From the IMG/VR virus record IMGVR_UViG_2802429219_000016: 31,583 bases of DNA. One strand, 5' to 3'. A program made the translations under genes and the position numbers. This document shows, piece by piece, positions 27,156-31,583 of the stretch (positions are counted from its first letter, which is position 1; each line of letters starts with the position of its first letter). The notes below the pieces were generated by a model. It saw nothing but the letters and a program-made list of their open reading frames with translations, did not search any database and was not told the DNA's origin. This stretch comes from a virus (Duplodnaviria; Heunggongvirae; Uroviricota; Caudoviricetes).

Positions 27156-28221
27156 AATCCCCACGCTGGGCAAACTGATTGCCGACGGCGAAAAAGATAT
27201 TGCGTATGAACTCGGCCTGCAAAAGCTGCCGCCTGTCAGTGTTGAGCAGGCGCTGAACGTGTCATTCAGCAGTCAGGTCCGGGATTTATACGACCATCAG
27301 AGCTGGATTAAGGACCAGATAATCCCGTCCACCACGTCTGATGATGAAACCATTATCAAAACAGCAACGTATGAAGGGGTTATCCGCAAGCAGGCCACCT
27401 TTGCCAGCGGGCCGGTGACCTTCACCAGTCAGTCCCCCATTCCGGCAGAAACCCGGATGCAGTCCGACACGAATCAGGTGTATCAGGTACTCACATCCGG
27501 CGAGGTACAGGACGGCGAGGTCACCGTCATCGTGCAGGCTGAAGAAGCCGGTGTGGCGGGCAATCTTGCTGCCGGTGCCGTGCTCACTCTGTTGTCCCCG
27601 CTACCCGGAACGGGCAGCACCGGCGCGGTGACTGAAAGTGGCATCACCGGTGGCGCAGACATCGAATCCATCGCAGAGCTGCTGGACCGTCTGCTGTATG
27701 TGCGCCGCAATCCCCCGGTGGGCGGTGCACTGCATGATTACGTCATCTGGGCGCGTGAAGTGCCGGGTGTCAGCCGCGCGTGGGCATGGGATGCGTGGCA
27801 CGGCCCCGGCACGGTCGGGCTGGCATGGCTTTATGATGACCGTGAAGACATTATCCCCACACGGGACGACCTGAAGACAATGGAGCAGTATCTGTTCTGC
27901 CACAAACACCCGGCCACCGGCGTGATGGTGGGTAAACCGGGCGGCATCGAGGTCTGGCCGGTGCAGGTCAGGCTGAAGAAACTCGACCTGTCCATCCGCC
28001 TGACACCGGACAGCCAGGCGAACAGGAACGCCGTCAGGGCAAACCTGACCGCATTACAGAAAACGCTGGCCCCCGGTCAGATGCTGCCGGTGTCCTCGCT
28101 GCGCACAGCCATCGGTATGACGTCCGGTATCACGGATTACTTCCTCAACATCGGGGAAGACACCACCAGTGATGTGGATGAGCTTATCACCATCGGGGAG
28201 GTGACATGGCTCACAGCGTGA
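27145..28221 (+). CDS. Baseplate J-like protein (Mu gp47) (358 aa)
   Basis: ATG 27145 after GGGAGG RBS (track uses TTG 27112); size and position typical of gpJ-like wedge protein. Confidence 0.75.
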   Translation: MPYEIPTLGKLIADGEKDIAYELGLQKLPPVSVEQALNVSFSSQVRDLYDHQSWIKDQIIPSTTSDDETIIKTATYEGVIRKQATFASGPVTFTSQSPIPAETRMQSDTNQVYQVLTSGEVQDGEVTVIVQAEEAGVAGNLAAGAVLTLLSPLPGTGSTGAVTESGITGGADIESIAELLDRLLYVRRNPPVGGALHDYVIWAREVPGVSRAWAWDAWHGPGTVGLAWLYDDREDIIPTRDDLKTMEQYLFCHKHPATGVMVGKPGGIEVWPVQVRLKKLDLSIRLTPDSQANRNAVRANLTALQKTLAPGQMLPVSSLRTAIGMTSGITDYFLNIGEDTTSDVDELITIGEVTWLTA

Positions 28222-28790
28222 CGGAATGGCTGACCGCACTGCAACAGGTCATGCCACGGGGTAAGGCATGGCCGCGTGATAACGACGCGGATTTAAACCG
28301 TTTTTTAAGGGCGCTTGCAGAGCGTTTAACCCGCGTTGAATACGACGCCTCGCGTCTGCATGTGGAGATGCGACCGGAAACCACACTCCAGCTGCTGCCG
28401 GAGTGGGAGCAATATCTGGCGCTGCCGGAATGCGGAATTGCCGCCACCACAACGGAAGCCCGCCGCCGGGCCGTGGTGGAGAAATACCGCCGCAAAGGCG
28501 GGCTGGCAACCTGGCAGATTGAAGCCGCTGCGGCGGCGTTGGGATTCACTATTAAGGTGACGGCCGTTCTGCCGCATCACTGTCTGCGTGACTGCATGTA
28601 CCCGCTGCATCCGGCCCGGTATCGCTGGCTGCTGAAAGTAGAAGTCCCGGATAAAGATGCCGGACGGTTTACCTGTATTGATGACGTTATGACGCCATTA
28701 ATCAGCGAACGCACCCGCGAGCTGGAATGCCTGCTGAAGCATTACCGGCTGGCGGGCACGGAATATGAATATTATTACACCGGAGAATAA
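28206..28790 (+). CDS. Baseplate/tail protein (gpI-like, Mu gp48) (194 aa)
   Basis: Position between J-like protein and tail fiber. Confidence 0.65.
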   Translation: MAHSVTEWLTALQQVMPRGKAWPRDNDADLNRFLRALAERLTRVEYDASRLHVEMRPETTLQLLPEWEQYLALPECGIAATTTEARRRAVVEKYRRKGGLATWQIEAAAAALGFTIKVTAVLPHHCLRDCMYPLHPARYRWLLKVEVPDKDAGRFTCIDDVMTPLISERTRELECLLKHYRLAGTEYEYYYTGE

Positions 28791-28793
28791 TTT

Positions 28794-29852
28794 ATGTTTC
28801 ATGTGGATAATCCGACGGGTGTACCGGTAATGCCACCTGTCGCGGCTGAATTAAGCAAAACAACGCTTTATTTTACCGAAGGCGGGAACGGTATTCCGCC
28901 CACCTATCCGGGACCGGACTGGTTTAATATTATTCAGTCTGAACTGCTGGAAATACTCCGGCAGGCAAATATCAAACCGGATAAAAACACCACCGACCAG
29001 ATTATGACGGCGCTGAAAAAACTGTTTATTACGAACAGTGGTTCAGCCGGAGCTATTGCCGGATTAACCGGTCAGAATAATACGTTCCCGTATTTTACGG
29101 GCGAAGACACAATGGCATTAACGCCGCTCAGTGCTTTTGTGCGCAGTATTCTCGGCAAAGAGAGTGCAACAGATTTTGCAGATGCACTGAAAGTCATAAA
29201 ACAATCAGGCGGCACGATGACAGGAGAACTGAAAATCCGTGGTGTTAATGCGCTGAGGATTTTCAACGAAGCCTTTGGTCTGATTTTTCGTCGTTCGGAA
29301 GAGTGCCTGCACCTTATCCCTACCAGTGAAGGTCAGGGCGAGAATGGCGATATTGGTCCACTTCGACCGTTCACTATTAATCTGCGGACGGGTGAAATAT
29401 CCATGTCGCATAAAGTGTCTGTTGGCGGCGGTTCTCAGGTCAATGGTGCGCTGGGTATCGGCGTTCAGAACGCGCTGGGCGGAAACTCAATTGCTTTCGG
29501 GGATAACGATACCGGCCTGAAACAGAATGGTGATGGCCTGCTGGATGTTTATGCCAATGGTCAGCACGTATTCCGTTTTCAGAATGGCGCGTTACAAAGT
29601 AACCGGGCAGTGAATGTTTCAGGGCGGGTAACACCGTCAGACTACGGAAACTTTGATGCCCGCTATCAGACCAAAACAGGCGGTGTGCAGGATGTGCGTC
29701 TGGGCAGTGCCATTGGTATTGGGCGTGGCGGGAACGCACCATCAGGTCACCTTATCAGCGGTCTTGATGGTGGGGAAAGTATGGACTGGGCCAATGCCCG
29801 CCCGGTGCAGGTTCTGATTAATGGCGTCTGGCGGAATGTAGCGAGTTTGTAA
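28794..29852 (+). CDS. S: Tail fiber protein, Mu S-like (352 aa)
   Basis: N-terminus MFHVDNPTGVPVMPPVAAELSKTTLYFTEGGNGIPPTYPGPDWFN resembles the conserved N-terminal domain of Mu S / P2 H-type fibers; followed by a Tfa gene. Confidence 0.7.
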   Translation: MFHVDNPTGVPVMPPVAAELSKTTLYFTEGGNGIPPTYPGPDWFNIIQSELLEILRQANIKPDKNTTDQIMTALKKLFITNSGSAGAIAGLTGQNNTFPYFTGEDTMALTPLSAFVRSILGKESATDFADALKVIKQSGGTMTGELKIRGVNALRIFNEAFGLIFRRSEECLHLIPTSEGQGENGDIGPLRPFTINLRTGEISMSHKVSVGGGSQVNGALGIGVQNALGGNSIAFGDNDTGLKQNGDGLLDVYANGQHVFRFQNGALQSNRAVNVSGRVTPSDYGNFDARYQTKTGGVQDVRLGSAIGIGRGGNAPSGHLISGLDGGESMDWANARPVQVLINGVWRNVASL

Positions 29853-29854
29853 TC

Positions 29855-30403
29855 ATGATGCACTTAAAAAATCTTACGGCACAAAACCCTAAAACAATTG
29901 AGCAATACCAGCTGGCGCGACAGCATAAATTTTTATTGTGGCTGTTCTCCGATGATGGTCAGGAATGGCACGAAGCCCAGGAAAAATTTCAGCCAGACAC
30001 TCTGAAAGTTATTTATGTTGAAACTGGCGAGGTGGTCTGGGTCGGAAAAGACATCACCTCAATCTGCCCGGAAAATAAAAGCGTGATTGAGCTACCGGAT
30101 ATTACCGCCAATCGTCGCATTGAGGCGTCGGGTTACTGGTTCTACCGCAATGATGAATTTGTTTTTGACTACAAACTTAAAGCGGAAGACGAGCGTGATG
30201 CCCTGTTAAAACAGGTCAGCATCATGACCAGCGAATGGGAAAAAGACCTGCTGCTGGGATTAATCAGCGACGAAGACAAAGAAAAGCTGAAAGCCTGGCG
30301 TATATACGCGAAATCGCTGCAGGCGCTGGATTTCAGCACCATCACTGATAAAACCTCATATAACGCCATCAACTGGCCGGAGCGTCCCGATGCCGCAGCT
30401 TAA
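29855..30403 (+). CDS. U: Tail fiber assembly protein (Tfa/U family) (182 aa)
   Basis: Size, AT-rich composition and sequence character typical of Tfa chaperones; directly follows fiber gene. Confidence 0.75.
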   Translation: MMHLKNLTAQNPKTIEQYQLARQHKFLLWLFSDDGQEWHEAQEKFQPDTLKVIYVETGEVVWVGKDITSICPENKSVIELPDITANRRIEASGYWFYRNDEFVFDYKLKAEDERDALLKQVSIMTSEWEKDLLLGLISDEDKEKLKAWRIYAKSLQALDFSTITDKTSYNAINWPERPDAAA

Positions 30404-31583
30404 AGGTGTGATTAAAACGCCCACGGGAGAACCGCTGGGCGGCGCAACCATTACACTGACCTCCCTGCACAACCGTGCAGGGATTCTGAAAAGTGTTTTC
30501 AGCCATGTCACCACACAGAACGGGGAATATGACTTCCCCGTTCTGCCGGGTGTGTACAGCGTTCGCCTGACGCAAAGCACACAGCGCCTTTCAGAAATCG
30601 GTGTCATCCGCGTTTATGAAGATTCAGCGGACGGTTCGCTGAATGATTTTCTGGGTGCAACCGATATTGACCTGCGCCCGGAAGCCCTGAAGAAATTCGA
30701 GGAACTGGCGCAACAGGCGCAGCAAAGCGCAGAAAAAGCAGGAGAACACGCCACCGCTGCTGAACAGGCCCGTCAGGATACAGAAACGCTCGCTGGGGAA
30801 ATACAGCAGGATGCAGAAGAAATTGCGGGTAATGTACAGAAAGCTGAAGAACTGGCCTCTGAAACAAACCAGAATGCCGCCCGCGCAGAGCAGGCCGTCA
30901 AGGATGCCGACCTGATAGTCCAGAAGGCGGTCGATAAACTTGGTGAAGCTGCAACGCTGACCGGCGAGGCAAAAGCCAGCGCCGAAGCGGCAGCAAAAAG
31001 CGAGCAGAGCGCGAAACAGCACAGGGACGAGGCGCAACGGATAGTTGATGACCTGAAGGGAAGCAATGCTTCCACGACGCAAAAAGGTCTGGTGCAACTC
31101 TGTAGTGATACAGACAACGACAGCGAAGAACTGGCAGCCACACCAAAAGCCGTCAAAGCCGTCATGGACGAAACGAAAACAAAAGCGCCGCTGGACAGCC
31201 CGGCATTCACCGGCACGCCCACCACACCAACCCCACCGGACGATGCTGCCGGTCTGGAAACAGCGAACGCGGCATTTGTCCGCAAACTGCTCGCTGCACT
31301 GGTTGACTCGTCACCGGAAGCCCTGGACACGCTGAACGAGCTGGCAGCGGCGCTGGGCAATGACCCGGAGTTTGCGACAACAATCATGAACGCGCTGGCG
31401 GGTAAACAACCACTCAGTGACGTGTTAACCGCAATCAGTAATCTGGAAGAACGGGCAGATAACCTTCTGTGCTTTAATCAGGACGGGAATGCTTCACTGT
31501 CTCCGCTGTCAGAAAAAGCCCGGTCACTGCTGGCACAGGCCACAGTGGAAGCCATGCGTAATGAGCTTGAGCTGAAAAGCGCA
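30390..31583 (+). CDS. Side tail fiber protein, lambda Stf-like (5' part only, at least 398 aa; runs off the window)
   Basis: Not in the ORF track because no stop occurs before the window end. Hand translation from ATG 30390 is open to 31583. N-terminus resembles the prophage tail fibre N-terminal domain (VYEDS.DG.LNDFL); also KGLVQLCSDTDNDSEELAATPKAVKAVMDETKTKAPLDSPAFTGTPT and DSSPEALDTLNELAAALGNDPEFATTIMNALAGKQP as in lambda Stf / P2 H fibers. Confidence 0.8.
   Translation, partial: MPQLKGVIKTPTGEPLGGATITLTSLHNRAGILKSVFSHVTTQNGEYDFPVLPGVYSVRLTQSTQRLSEIGVIRVYEDSADGSLNDFLGATDIDLRPEALKKFEELAQQAQQSAEKAGEHATAAEQARQDTETLAGEIQQDAEEIAGNVQKAEELASETNQNAARAEQAVKDADLIVQKAVDKLGEAATLTGEAKASAEAAAKSEQSAKQHRDEAQRIVDDLKGSNASTTQKGLVQLCSDTDNDSEELAATPKAVKAVMDETKTKAPLDSPAFTGTPTTPTPPDDAAGLETANAAFVRKLLAALVDSSPEALDTLNELAAALGNDPEFATTIMNALAGKQPLSDVLTAISNLEERADNLLCFNQDGNASLSPLSEKARSLLAQATVEAMRNELELKSA

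Noticed and set aside
30773-31387. Minus-strand ORF (204 aa), Ala/Ser-rich
   Set aside because: Low-complexity antisense reading of the Ala/Glu-rich Stf-like fiber gene, which is open on the plus strand across this whole region.
1-31583. CRISPR arrays, tRNA or rRNA genes, or the prophage attachment ends
   Set aside because: No regularly spaced repeat arrays or tRNA-like structures were seen; the window starts at the repressor stop codon and ends inside a fiber gene, so neither phage end can be assessed.
28794-31583. Invertible G-segment (Gin/gix) within the fiber region
   Set aside because: No inverted fiber or Tfa copies on the minus strand and no invertase gene are present within the window; it may exist downstream but cannot be supported from this sequence.

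Overview
This window is about 31.6 kb of a Mu-like transposable prophage, with gene content and GC typical of an enterobacterial host. It starts exactly at the stop codon of the leftward repressor gene c and ends inside a lambda Stf-like side tail fiber gene, so neither phage end (attL/attR) is present. Left to right: c (minus strand), operator region, ner, transposase A, transposition ATPase B, an accessory early region of small unknown ORFs around gam, gemA, mor, a lysis module, terminase, portal, head, tail, baseplate and tail-fiber genes. All genes except c are on the plus strand. All calls come from reading the sequence and ORF track and from remembered family signatures; no database search or computation was run, so homology claims are recollection-based. 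I did not find a clearly novel system. The most interesting points are: no C-type late activator gene between mor and the lysis genes, together with a near-identical 40-bp terminator-like element upstream of both late operons; a GH108 endolysin carrying a calcium-loop-like DxNxDGxxD motif; a TraR/DksA zinc-finger gene inside the lysis module; a second, lambda Stf-like tail fiber ORF that is absent from the ORF track; and the uncharacterised accessory ORFs between B and gemA.
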